DNA of 64,000 bases from Gemmatimonadota bacterium (lineage in GTDB: Bacteria; Gemmatimonadota; Gemmatimonadetes; Gemmatimonadales; GWC2-71-9). The stretch's first letter is position 1, and each line of letters begins with the position of its first letter. The DNA lies in the NCBI GenBank assembly GCA_039588295.1, contig JBDHAB010000001.1, positions 32,001 to 96,000 on the forward strand, read 5' to 3'. A program made the position numbers and the translations under genes. Below, in pieces: positions 9,644 through 19,230 of the stretch. Under the pieces are notes generated by a model. It ran no database searches. It saw only the letters and a program-made list of their open reading frames with translations, and had not been told where the DNA came from.

Positions 9644-10939
9644 ATGACGGGTTCCACCGCAGAAATCGTCGGACGCGGCAACAAGGAGGGCGCCCGCCTC
9701 TTCCGGGTCTGGTTCGAGGAGTTGACGCAGGCAGCAGAAGAGGGTCGAGGCGGCGCGTACGTGTTCGTGATGGGCAGCCTGGTCGAGCTGCTGCGGGCGT
9801 TCGATTTGCCCGTGGTGTTTCCGGAGATCAACTCCCTGCAGACTGCCGTGCGCCACGTCGCGCATGAATACCTCGACGAGGCCGAGGACCACGGCTACTC
9901 ACCGGACATCTGTGGATACGTGAAGGCAGATGTGGCCACGCAGCTTCGCAGGGGATCGCTGCCGATGGGCCGCATTCCCAAACCCGCGATCGCAGTCTAC
10001 ACCAACGCGTGCAACACCTACATCAAGTGGGCGGAGATCTGGGAGCGCATGCACGACTGCCCCACCTTCACCCTGGATGTGCCTGGGACCCGGGCGGCCG
10101 GCATGCAGACGTGGCAGGGGGACGTCGACTTCGAGAACGACCTGAACTACGTGGCGGCTCAGCTCAAGGAACTCATTCCGCTTTTGGAGAAAGTGTCCGG
10201 CGTCCGATTCGACATCGACCGATTGCGTGAGCACATGGGCCACGCCAACGCGATGAATCGCGGGTGGAAGCGCGTCCTCGAGCTCAATCGCAGCCGGCCG
10301 GCATTGTTCAACGCGCTGTCGGATGGAACGATTTACCTCGGTGTCGCCAACGGCCTCCGTGGCGCCGAAGCAGGAGCCACGTACTTCACCGACCTCGTCG
10401 AGGAAATGGAATACAAAAGCAGCCACCACATCGGCACGCTGACGGAGGAACTCTACCGGCTCATCTTCGTCGGCGTTCCGTGCTATCCGATTTTCCGGCG
10501 ATTTACGGAGTTCTTCACCGAGCTGGGCGGAACGTTCGTCAACTCGACCTATCTCTGGTTCGCGTCCGGCGGGTCCAACCTCGGGTTCCAGTACGACCTC
10601 ACCCATCCGCTCGAGAGCCTGGCTGAAGGCGTGCTGATCGGGGTACGTGACGCGATGGACAGCATGTTCTTCCAGACGAACGCGCTGGTGAGCATGATCG
10701 ACACGTACGAAGCGGACGGCGTGGTCTGGCACCCCATCAAGAGCTGCCGAACGGTTTCGACCGGTCTCGCCGACAACCGACGGGCGTTGATGGCGGAACG
10801 AGACATCCCGAGCCTGTTCATCGAGTCGGACATGATGGACCGTCGTGTCGTGTCGGAAGCACAGCTCAAGAACCGGATCGACGCGTTCTTCGAAGGCTTG
10901 GCCGCGCGGCGGCGCCGGGTGGCCATCGGAAACTCGTAG
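9644..10939 (+). CDS. bcrB: Benzoyl-CoA reductase subunit B (beta)
   Basis: [59 protein letters not shown]. Confidence 0.85.
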   Translation: MTGSTAEIVGRGNKEGARLFRVWFEELTQAAEEGRGGAYVFVMGSLVELLRAFDLPVVFPEINSLQTAVRHVAHEYLDEAEDHGYSPDICGYVKADVATQLRRGSLPMGRIPKPAIAVYTNACNTYIKWAEIWERMHDCPTFTLDVPGTRAAGMQTWQGDVDFENDLNYVAAQLKELIPLLEKVSGVRFDIDRLREHMGHANAMNRGWKRVLELNRSRPALFNALSDGTIYLGVANGLRGAEAGATYFTDLVEEMEYKSSHHIGTLTEELYRLIFVGVPCYPIFRRFTEFFTELGGTFVNSTYLWFASGGSNLGFQYDLTHPLESLAEGVLIGVRDAMDSMFFQTNALVSMIDTYEADGVVWHPIKSCRTVSTGLADNRRALMAERDIPSLFIESDMMDRRVVSEAQLKNRIDAFFEGLAARRRRVAIGNS

Positions 10940-10962
10940 CACCACGAGCTGGAAGGAGCCTC

Positions 10963-11778
10963 ATGGCCTACGCAGCCGGCGTGGATGTGGGATCCACGCA
11001 GACCAAAGCGGTGCTCGTCGACGAGGAGAAATCCATCGTCGCTCGTGCGCTGACGGAGACGGGGGCAAACGTTATCCGGGCCGCCGAGAACGCGTTTCAG
11101 GAAGCGCTGTCCGCGGGGGATTTCCGTGAAGAGGAAGTCGAATACGTCGTCGGTACGGGGTACGGGCGCTACAAGGTCACGTTCGGCAATACGCAGGTGA
11201 CCGAGATCAGCTGCCACGGACGAGGCGCCGTCCACATGTTCCCGAACACCCGCACCGTGGTAGACATGGGTGGCCAGGACACCAAGGCGATTCGCGTTTC
11301 TGAGACCGGAGAGGTCCTGGACTTCTGCATGAACGACAAGTGCGCGGCGGGAACCGGGAGGTTCTTGGGCGCGGCGAGTAACGCGCTGGACATTCCGCTC
11401 GACGAGTTGGGGCCCACCGCACTCCGCGGTGAGCGCGCAGTCAAGATCAGCACCACGTGCACGGTGTTCGCGGAGTCCGAGGTGCTCTCCTGGCTGGGGA
11501 AGGGCAAGAAGATCGAGGACATTCTCCTGGGCGTACATCAGTCCATCGCGTCGAGGTCGGCTGGGCTCCTTCGCAGAGTGGGAATCGAGGAAGCCGTCAC
11601 CTTTACGGGAGGCGTCGCCAAGAACGTGGCGATGATCGACACGCTCAACCGGAGCCTCGGACTGGGTGTCAACGTGAGTGACGAGTCGCACTACATGGGA
11701 GCCCTGGGTGCCGCGCTCTTCGCGTTGGATCACATTCTGGCGAGCCGGGCCCCGACGGCCGGGCACGGAGCGTCATGA
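10963..11778 (+). CDS. Benzoyl-CoA reductase ATPase/activator subunit (BcrA/BzdQ-like, short HgdC-sized)
   Basis: ASKHA motifs [41 protein letters not shown]. Confidence 0.88.
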   Translation: MAYAAGVDVGSTQTKAVLVDEEKSIVARALTETGANVIRAAENAFQEALSAGDFREEEVEYVVGTGYGRYKVTFGNTQVTEISCHGRGAVHMFPNTRTVVDMGGQDTKAIRVSETGEVLDFCMNDKCAAGTGRFLGAASNALDIPLDELGPTALRGERAVKISTTCTVFAESEVLSWLGKGKKIEDILLGVHQSIASRSAGLLRRVGIEEAVTFTGGVAKNVAMIDTLNRSLGLGVNVSDESHYMGALGAALFALDHILASRAPTAGHGAS

Positions 11779-12581
11779 CCTACACGTCCGGCATCGACAT
11801 TGGCTCGACCTACACCAAGGCCGTGATCCTAAACGGCGATGATCAAATCGTCGGCCGCGCGATGGAGCCCACCGGGTTCAAACTCACTGAGATCGCCGAG
11901 GAGGTACACCGGCAAGCCGTCGAACGCGCCGAGCTCTCGAGCGAGGATGTCGGCTACACAGTTGCCACCGGCTTCGGCCGCCATCAGGTGCTTTCCAGCA
12001 ACGTCAAGGTGACGGATTTGACCGCCGCCGCGCGCGGCGCCGCCCATCTCTTTCCGGGCACGCGCACCATCCTGGATGTCGGCGGGCAGACGATGAAGGC
12101 GAGCCGGCTGAGCGACGGCGCGAAGGTCAAGTCGTTCCGGTTGAACGACAAGTGCGCCGCCGGAACAGGCGCCTTCCTCGAGAAGACCGCCCGCTACATG
12201 GGGTACAGCACCGCGGAGATCGGACCGCTTGTCGCCACCTCCAAGGAGCCGATATCGATCTCCGGCGTCTGCGCCGTATTTGCGGAATCCGAAGTCATCA
12301 ACCATCTCTCGCAGGGCGTGGCGCCTGCCGACATCATGCACGGCGCCGTTGTCTCGCTAGTTGGACGTTCAGTGCAGCTCATGAAGCGCGTCAAGATGGA
12401 ACCCGAATTCACGCTCATCGGCGGGATTCTCCGCTTCGAGACGATGGCGCACGTCGTCCGATCCGAACTCGACGCCGCGGTGAACGTCCCCGAGGGAGAC
12501 CTCGTCCAGTTCGTGCCGGCACTCGGCGCGGCAATCCTGGGCCAGCGCCGCCTTGCGAAGCTCGGCACACTGACCACCTGA
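11775..12581 (+). CDS. Benzoyl-CoA reductase second ATPase/activator subunit (BcrD/BzdP-like)
   Basis: [45 protein letters not shown] overlap with the previous gene. Confidence 0.88.
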   Translation: MTYTSGIDIGSTYTKAVILNGDDQIVGRAMEPTGFKLTEIAEEVHRQAVERAELSSEDVGYTVATGFGRHQVLSSNVKVTDLTAAARGAAHLFPGTRTILDVGGQTMKASRLSDGAKVKSFRLNDKCAAGTGAFLEKTARYMGYSTAEIGPLVATSKEPISISGVCAVFAESEVINHLSQGVAPADIMHGAVVSLVGRSVQLMKRVKMEPEFTLIGGILRFETMAHVVRSELDAAVNVPEGDLVQFVPALGAAILGQRRLAKLGTLTT

Positions 12582-12582
12582 T

Positions 12583-12915
12583 ATGCCGCTGCGCGATCCC
12601 AACGACACGCCGACTAGGGACGACGAACACGCCGCCAAGCCATTGAGCTTCCTCGTGCAGGCCGAGGCGCGACGGGTGCTTTCCGAGGCGCAGCTCGAGG
12701 GAGATCCCCAGCGTCTTGCCGATGGCTGGGAGCGACGCTTCATCGCCGACCGGCAGCGGGCGGAGGAAATGACTGCCCTCTATGAGGAACTGGGCTTCGA
12801 GGTAGCTGCCGATCCCATTCGTCCTGAGGACATGGATGACGATTGCGAGGACTGCCAGCTGCTCGCCAAGCTCCAGTTCCAGATGATCTACACGCGGAGG
12901 AAGCCGCCGACCTAG
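12583..12915 (+). CDS. Small acidic hypothetical protein with CxxC, last gene of the bcr operon
   Basis: Starts 1 nt after the activator stop; GWERRF...LYEELGFEV...CEDC...IYTR. Confidence 0.7.
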   Translation: MPLRDPNDTPTRDDEHAAKPLSFLVQAEARRVLSEAQLEGDPQRLADGWERRFIADRQRAEEMTALYEELGFEVAADPIRPEDMDDDCEDCQLLAKLQFQMIYTRRKPPT

Positions 12916-12925
12916 ATTCCCTGGG

Positions 12926-14005
12926 TCATTCCCCCCGGATTCGGCGTACCACCATCTCGCCCATCTCCGACGTGGAGATCCCGCTTCGTGCATCGGCGGA
13001 TGGCACCGCACCACTGCTCAGGAGGCCTGCAACGGCGTCCTCCGTGCGTTTTGCAGCCGCCGTCTCGCCCAGGAAGTCGAACATCATCGCCACCGCGCTG
13101 ATCGCACCGAGCGGACAGGCGACGTTCTTGCCAGCGTGTTTCGGCGCGGAGCCGTGAATCGGCTCGAACATCGATGTCTTGCCTGGATGAATGTTGCCCG
13201 ACGCGGCAATTCCCATTCCACCTTGCAACATGGCGCCCAGATCCGTGATGATGTCGCCGAACATGTTGGTTGTCACGATGACGTCGAACCATTCCGGGTT
13301 CTTGATCATCCACATGCAACAGGCGTCAACGTAGGCGTGATCCCGTTCGACTGCGGGATACTCTTCCGCAACTGCGGCGAACGCCCGAGTCCACACGTCG
13401 TGCGGGCGAACGGCGTTCGCCTTGTCGACGAGCGTGACCCGTGAGGCTCGTCCTGCACCGCCCTCACCCGCCCGCTTGCGAGCGAGCTCAAACGCATACC
13501 GCGAGGCTCGCTCGCACCCCTTCCAGGTGTAGATGCCGTTCACGATGGCCACTTCATCGGGCGTTCCCTTCCTGAGGTGACCCCCGACCTGCGAGTAGAG
13601 CCCCTCGGTATTCTCCCGCACGACCACGAAGTCGATGTGCTCGGGTCCCTTGTCCTTGAGAGGGCAGAGGTGAGCGGCGTACAGTTTGATCGGTCGGAGG
13701 TTGATATACAGATCCAGCCCGAATCGGAGACCCAAGATGACGGACCGCTCGACCAGTCCCGGCTCGACATCAGGGTGGCCAATCGCGCCGAGCAGCACCG
13801 CATCGAGCGTTCGCCACTCGTCGATCACCGCATTCGGCACCAGCTCCTTGGTCTCGAGATAGTACTCGCCGCTGTAGGGGTAGTCCGCCAGCCGGTACTG
13901 GAATCCCTCGATATCCGCGACAGCCTCCAGCACCTTCAGCGCTTCCTGCGTGACCTCCTGGCCGATGCCGTCGCCAGCAATGACGCCAATGTTGTAGGAC
14001 CGCAT
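12926..14005 (-). CDS. leuB: 3-isopropylmalate dehydrogenase (beta-decarboxylating dehydrogenase family)
   Basis: [45 protein letters not shown]. Confidence 0.8.
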   Translation of the reverse strand: MRSYNIGVIAGDGIGQEVTQEALKVLEAVADIEGFQYRLADYPYSGEYYLETKELVPNAVIDEWRTLDAVLLGAIGHPDVEPGLVERSVILGLRFGLDLYINLRPIKLYAAHLCPLKDKGPEHIDFVVVRENTEGLYSQVGGHLRKGTPDEVAIVNGIYTWKGCERASRYAFELARKRAGEGGAGRASRVTLVDKANAVRPHDVWTRAFAAVAEEYPAVERDHAYVDACCMWMIKNPEWFDVIVTTNMFGDIITDLGAMLQGGMGIAASGNIHPGKTSMFEPIHGSAPKHAGKNVACPLGAISAVAMMFDFLGETAAAKRTEDAVAGLLSSGAVPSADARSGISTSEMGEMVVRRIRGE

Positions 14006-14231
14006 CCCGTCTCCCCGTGGTATGATCGTTCAACTGATGGATCTGTGCTGCCCACTGGCAAAGCGGGCAACGGGATCAAAGATGGTGGACAGACCGAGTC
14101 ACCTCAACGGCCAACGGCGCCCGGCCGGGGACCGAGAGCTGATTCTGGTGCCGACGCCCATCCGAGGACATCTTTGTGATGATACCACGCGGGAGCAGGT
14201 AGCCCGCGGCAATCTGGAGGGGAGCACGATC

Positions 14232-14936
14232 ATGCGATGTTCGCGATGCGGCCATCTGGCGACCGAGAACGATAAGTTCTGCGCTGAGTGCGGCATGTTC
14301 CTTCGGGATGCCTACGTCGACCACCGGCTCCTGCACGCGCTCGTTTCCGAGAGCGAGGGCAGGCACCGCGAGACACGCCGAGAACTCGAGCGCTTGGTGG
14401 AGGCCGAACCCAATCACGTGATGGCGAACCACCTATTGGGCACCGTCTATTTCCATCAGGGAACGCTTGATCATGCCATCGAGCAGTATCAGAAGGCCCT
14501 CGAGCTGGCACCCAATTTCGTGGAGTGCTCGTACGATCTGGGTGTGGCGTTCTACCACCGTGGCAATATGCCGGGTGCCATCCGTGCCTTCCGCCGCTGC
14601 CTGCAAATCGATCCGAATTACAACGCAGCACATTACCGGCTGGCAATCTCGTTGTTTCACGCCGGCGAGCTCGATCAAGCACTCGAGCATTTCGAGAAGT
14701 GCACGGCGCTCACCCCGGAATACCTGATGGCGCGATATCACATGGGCGTGATTTACGAACGTATGGAGAACTTCGAGTCAGCGGCCCGCGAATTCCAGCG
14801 GAGCCTCGACGAAGGCGTCGAGGAGGCGAGCAGTCTCTACCACCTCGCACATATTCACAAATCACGGGGCGATACTGCGACGGCTTCCGGACTGCTCGAG
14901 CGCGCTCGGCAGTTTGGCCGAACCACCGTTTCGTAG
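14232..14936 (+). CDS. Zinc-ribbon + TPR repeat protein
   Basis: N-terminal CSRCG-x9-FCAECG then several TPRs; ATG 14232 after GGAGGGGAG. Confidence 0.8.
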   Translation: MRCSRCGHLATENDKFCAECGMFLRDAYVDHRLLHALVSESEGRHRETRRELERLVEAEPNHVMANHLLGTVYFHQGTLDHAIEQYQKALELAPNFVECSYDLGVAFYHRGNMPGAIRAFRRCLQIDPNYNAAHYRLAISLFHAGELDQALEHFEKCTALTPEYLMARYHMGVIYERMENFESAAREFQRSLDEGVEEASSLYHLAHIHKSRGDTATASGLLERARQFGRTTVS

Positions 14937-14970
14937 GACCTCGCTCCGACGCTCAGCTTCTGGGGTAGCT

Positions 14971-16218
14971 ATGGCGACTGTTCCTCCCGAAGGCAAATTG
15001 ATGTTCGACTGGTCCGACCCAAACGGACAGTCGCAGCCGCGCATGGCAATGCTCGACGACGAAACGCTGCGGGACGGACTGCAGAGCCCTTCCGTCATCG
15101 ATCCGCCGACTGACGTCAAGATCCAGATCCTGCACCTCATGAACAGTCTCGGCATCGAAACCGCCGACGTTGGCCTTCCCGGATCCGGCCCTCGGCAGCG
15201 GGACGCCGTGGAGCGGCTGTGTCGGGAAATCGCGGACGAGCGATTGCAGATCGGAGCGAACTGCGCGGCCCGTACGATGGTGGCAGACATCCAACCGATT
15301 GCCGACGTCGTGCAGAAGACCGGCGTCCCCATCGAGGCCTGCGTATTCATCGGCAGTAGTCCGATTCGTCAGTACGCGGAGGAGTGGGACCTGGAGCACG
15401 TACTACGTCTCACCAAGGAGGCGGTAGAGTTCGCGGTGCGCGAAGGGCTCGAGGTCATGTACGTCACGGAGGACACCATCCGTGCGTCACCCGACCATCT
15501 GCGCGTGCTGTTCGAGGCGGCACTCGCGGCGGGAGCCAAGCGCCTCTGTCTTTGCGACACCGTAGGCGCGGCCGTGCCGCACGGCGTCAAGAACCTCGTC
15601 ACGTGGGTGAAAAGCCTGCTGGACGAATTGGATATGGCCGAAGAGATCGGGATCGATTGGCACGGGCATCGTGATCGCGGACTGGATGTGGCCAACACGT
15701 TGGCCGCGCTCGAAGCCGGCGCCACCCGCGTACACGGCACAGCGCTGGGGGTGGGCGAGCGGGTGGGCAACACACCGATGGAGCAGCTACTCGTCAACCT
15801 CAAGCTCCTCGGATGGCGGAACGACGACCTCACGGTACTACCGGACTATGTCGAGACCGTCTCGAAGGCTGTGGGTGTGCCGATTCCCGTCAACACGCCC
15901 ATCATTGGCCGCGATGCGTTTCGGACGGCAACCGGTGTGCACGCGGCAGCCGTCATCAAGGCGCAGCGTAAGGGGCAATCGTGGCTCGCGGACCGGGTGT
16001 ATTCGGGCGTCCCCGCGAGCTGGGTCGGTCGGGGACAAGAGATCGAGATCGGACACATGTCGGGTGCGTCGAACGTGGTCTTCTACCTGAGCCAACGCGG
16101 CCTGCCAGCATCTCAAGAGGTCGTGCAGGCGGTGCTGGCGGAAGCCAAGAAGGCCGAGCAGTTGCTGACGGAAGAGGAGATTCTCGAAATAGTCAACTCA
16201 GTCACTGCGCAACACTGA
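14971..16218 (+). CDS. LeuA-family (DRE-TIM) 2-isopropylmalate/homocitrate synthase-like enzyme lacking the C-terminal regulatory domain
   Basis: DETLRDGLQSP, LCDTVG, HGHRDRG, GVGERVGN; only ~415 aa. Confidence 0.85.
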   Translation: MATVPPEGKLMFDWSDPNGQSQPRMAMLDDETLRDGLQSPSVIDPPTDVKIQILHLMNSLGIETADVGLPGSGPRQRDAVERLCREIADERLQIGANCAARTMVADIQPIADVVQKTGVPIEACVFIGSSPIRQYAEEWDLEHVLRLTKEAVEFAVREGLEVMYVTEDTIRASPDHLRVLFEAALAAGAKRLCLCDTVGAAVPHGVKNLVTWVKSLLDELDMAEEIGIDWHGHRDRGLDVANTLAALEAGATRVHGTALGVGERVGNTPMEQLLVNLKLLGWRNDDLTVLPDYVETVSKAVGVPIPVNTPIIGRDAFRTATGVHAAAVIKAQRKGQSWLADRVYSGVPASWVGRGQEIEIGHMSGASNVVFYLSQRGLPASQEVVQAVLAEAKKAEQLLTEEEILEIVNSVTAQH

Positions 16219-16221
16219 TCC

Positions 16222-16926
16222 GTGGGCGACCCGACTCGCGCCGGCCTCGCTGACTACCTGCAACCCTCGCGGTTCGTCGATAGCGACCACCCCCGCATCA
16301 TCGCATTTGCACGAGAACTCGCCGCGCCACACAATACCGATCGGCAACGGGCTGTCGCGCTCTACTACGCCGTCCGCGACCGCATCCGGTACGATCCGTT
16401 CCGACTCGATCTCACCCCTGAGGCCATGCGTGCCAGCACGGTGCTCGAGCGTGAATACGGCTTTTGCGTCGCGAAGGCCGTCCTCCTTGCCGCTGCTGCG
16501 CGCGTGCTGGGTATCCCAAGCCGGCTGGGTTTCGCCGACGTCCGGAACCATCTCACCACACCCCGGCTGCGTCGCTTGATGAGTACGGATCTCTTCGCGT
16601 TCCACGGCTACGCGGAACTCTACATCAACGACTGTTGGGTCAAGGCGACCCCGGCGTTCAACCGGTCGCTGTGCGAGCGGTTCGACGTCGAACCACTCGC
16701 GTTTGACGGCGAGCATGACGCGCTGTTGCAGCAGGCCGACCGCAAAGGCAACAGGTACATGGAGTACGTGCGCGACCGCGGCAACTTTGTTGATCTCCCG
16801 CTCGACGAGCTACGGGGGGTATTCGAGGAGCACTATCCGACGCTGTTGGCTCACGGTGCCGTCGAGCACGCCGCGAACTTCGAGCATGATGCAGCTCGGG
16901 AAGGAGACACCTCGTGCGAGAGTTGA
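16222..16926 (+). CDS. Transglutaminase-like domain protein
   Basis: YYAVRDRIRYDP, GFCVAKAVLL, DVRNHL, FHGY, WVKATPAFN. Confidence 0.85.
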   Translation: MGDPTRAGLADYLQPSRFVDSDHPRIIAFARELAAPHNTDRQRAVALYYAVRDRIRYDPFRLDLTPEAMRASTVLEREYGFCVAKAVLLAAAARVLGIPSRLGFADVRNHLTTPRLRRLMSTDLFAFHGYAELYINDCWVKATPAFNRSLCERFDVEPLAFDGEHDALLQQADRKGNRYMEYVRDRGNFVDLPLDELRGVFEEHYPTLLAHGAVEHAANFEHDAAREGDTSCES

Positions 16927-18647
16927 TGTCGGGAAATAGAGCGATTGCCCAGGGTGCCTGGGAGGCGGGTGTGGTATTCGCAGCCGGCTATCCCGGTACA
17001 CCAAGCACCGAGGTCCTGGAAGCGCTTGCCGAATACGACGAGGTGGACGCGCATTGGGCAACGAACGAAAAGGTCGCATTCGAGGAAGGAATGGGAGCTG
17101 CGCTCGGCGGCGTGCGGACCATCGTGACGATGAAGCACGTCGGTCTCAACGTCGCCGCCGATCCGTTCATGGTGTTCCCCTACGCAGGGACAAACGCCGG
17201 CTTCGTCGTGCTCGTGGCGGACGACCCCGGTATGTACTCGTCACAGAACGAGCAGGACAGCCGGTACTTCGCCAAGGTGGCCAAAGTCCCGATCTTCGAG
17301 CCGTCCGACGCCGATGAGGGAAGGGAGCTGGTGAAGCGGGCGTTCGATCTTTCTGAGCGTTTTCAGACGCCCGTCATGTACCGCACCACGACTCGGCTGG
17401 CTCACACCCGAGGCGTGATCGAGCGCGACGGGCGGACAGAGGTGCCTCGAAAGACCTTCTCACGCAACGCCAGCCAGTACGCCATCCCGGTCTACGCCAG
17501 ATTCCGCCGTCCCGAGCTGGAGGAGAAGCTGAACCGGCTGCGTGCCTTTGCCGAGGAGTTTGAGGGCAACAGCATCGAGGAGGGCGATCCCACATTGGCG
17601 GTGGTGAGCCACGGCACGCCCTACCAGTACGTGAAGGAAGTTGCGCCCGATGCCACGGTGTTCAAGCTGGGCATGGTCTACCCGCTCCCCGAGGAGCAGT
17701 TGCGCGAGTTCTGCGCCCGCTTCGAGCGCGTATTCGTGGTCGAAGAGAGCGAGGGGTTCATCCAGCAGGAGATGGCAAGCTTCGGAATCTTCAACGTGAT
17801 CGGAAAAGAGCGGTTCCCCAACATTGGGGAGTTGAGCGCCGACAAGGTGGCCACCGGTCTGACCGGTCGGTCCGTGCCCCCCGACTTCAGCGCGGAGGCC
17901 GCCATTCTTCCGCGGCCACCTGTCATGTGCGCTGGGTGCCCGCACCGCGGCGTGTTCAACTCGCTCCGGAAGTTGAATGTGTTGGTTACGGGGGATATCG
18001 GCTGCTACACGCTGGGCTGTCTCCCGCCGTTTGACGCCATGCATACCACGTTCTGCATGGGAGCCAGCATTGGAAACGCCACGGGCTTCAACAGAGCCGG
18101 TGAACAGAAGGTCGTGGCGGTCATCGGCGACTCCACATTCCTACACGCTGGCATTCCGAGCCTGATCAGCGCCGTGTACAACCAGGTGCCGACCACGACG
18201 GTCCTGGTGGACAACGGCACGACCGGCATGACGGGACACCAAGAACACCCCGGCACCGGACACACGCTCAAAGGGAGCACGGCTCCAGCTGTCGATTACG
18301 AGACGCTGATTCGGTCCGTCGGCGTCGAGCACGTTGCCGTCGTCGACCCGTGGAATCTCGACGAGACCGAGAAGGCTATCTCCGCCGGTCTGGCCCACCC
18401 CGGACCGGCGGTCGTGATTGCCCGGCGGCACTGCACGCTCTTGCCGGAGGAGAAGCTCAAGGAACACGTGGCCTACCAGGTGGATCCCGACGAATGCATC
18501 CTGTGTGAGGAGTGCTTCGAGACAGGCTGTCCCGCCCTGACGCAGACGGAGGACTACCCGTCCATTCGCGCGTGGGAATGCGTTGGCTGTGCCATGTGCG
18601 CTCAGCTCTGCCCCGCGGACGCCATAACTGCAGCGGGGGAGGCCTGA
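16914..18647 (+). CDS. iorA: Indolepyruvate:ferredoxin oxidoreductase alpha subunit
   Basis: GYPGTPSTE, MKHVGLNVAADP, SSQNEQDSR, RPPVMCAGCPHR, GDIGCYTLG, TPP motif GDSTF, C-terminal 2x[4Fe-4S] Cys. Confidence 0.93.
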   Translation: MRELMSGNRAIAQGAWEAGVVFAAGYPGTPSTEVLEALAEYDEVDAHWATNEKVAFEEGMGAALGGVRTIVTMKHVGLNVAADPFMVFPYAGTNAGFVVLVADDPGMYSSQNEQDSRYFAKVAKVPIFEPSDADEGRELVKRAFDLSERFQTPVMYRTTTRLAHTRGVIERDGRTEVPRKTFSRNASQYAIPVYARFRRPELEEKLNRLRAFAEEFEGNSIEEGDPTLAVVSHGTPYQYVKEVAPDATVFKLGMVYPLPEEQLREFCARFERVFVVEESEGFIQQEMASFGIFNVIGKERFPNIGELSADKVATGLTGRSVPPDFSAEAAILPRPPVMCAGCPHRGVFNSLRKLNVLVTGDIGCYTLGCLPPFDAMHTTFCMGASIGNATGFNRAGEQKVVAVIGDSTFLHAGIPSLISAVYNQVPTTTVLVDNGTTGMTGHQEHPGTGHTLKGSTAPAVDYETLIRSVGVEHVAVVDPWNLDETEKAISAGLAHPGPAVVIARRHCTLLPEEKLKEHVAYQVDPDECILCEECFETGCPALTQTEDYPSIRAWECVGCAMCAQLCPADAITAAGEA

Positions 18648-18650
18648 CCA

Positions 18651-19220
18651 ATGCGTGTCACGAACGTGCTCATTGCCGGCGTAGGGGGGCAGGGAGCCAT
18701 TCTAGCCAGTGAGTTGCTCGCTCTGGCTGCGATGGCCGCCGGTCACGATGTGAAGCAAGGCGAGTTCCATGGTGTCGCACAACGCGGCGGCTCGGTGTTC
18801 AGCCACGTGCGGTTCGGCGACCGTGTGTACTCACCCATGACCCCATGCGGAGCGGTCGACTATTTCCTCGCCATGGAGAAGCTCGAGGCGCTGCGCTACG
18901 CCCATTTCGTCAAACCGGGCGGCACGATCATCATGAATGACTACGAGGTCGAGCCGCTCCGCATCGGCGACGAGCGGCCGTACCCCGTCCAAGCGATCGA
19001 GTTTCTGAGGAGCAAGGAGTTCAACGTGGTCGTCGTGGGAGCGACGCAGAAGGCAATCAAACTGGGGAATCATCGCGCGGCCAATGTCACGCTGCTCGGC
19101 GCCTTGGCTGGGTTCCTGGATATCCCCGAAGAGACCTGGGCCCAGACGCTTGAACGCCGGATCCCCAAGAAGTTGTTGAGCTTGAACCAGCAGGCGTTTG
19201 CGGTGGGGCGCGACGTGTGA
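18651..19220 (+). CDS. iorB: Indolepyruvate:ferredoxin oxidoreductase beta subunit
   Basis: AGVGGQG, HGVAQRGGSVFSHVRFG. Confidence 0.92.
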   Translation: MRVTNVLIAGVGGQGAILASELLALAAMAAGHDVKQGEFHGVAQRGGSVFSHVRFGDRVYSPMTPCGAVDYFLAMEKLEALRYAHFVKPGGTIIMNDYEVEPLRIGDERPYPVQAIEFLRSKEFNVVVVGATQKAIKLGNHRAANVTLLGALAGFLDIPEETWAQTLERRIPKKLLSLNQQAFAVGRDV

Positions 19221-19230
19221 CTGATACCGT

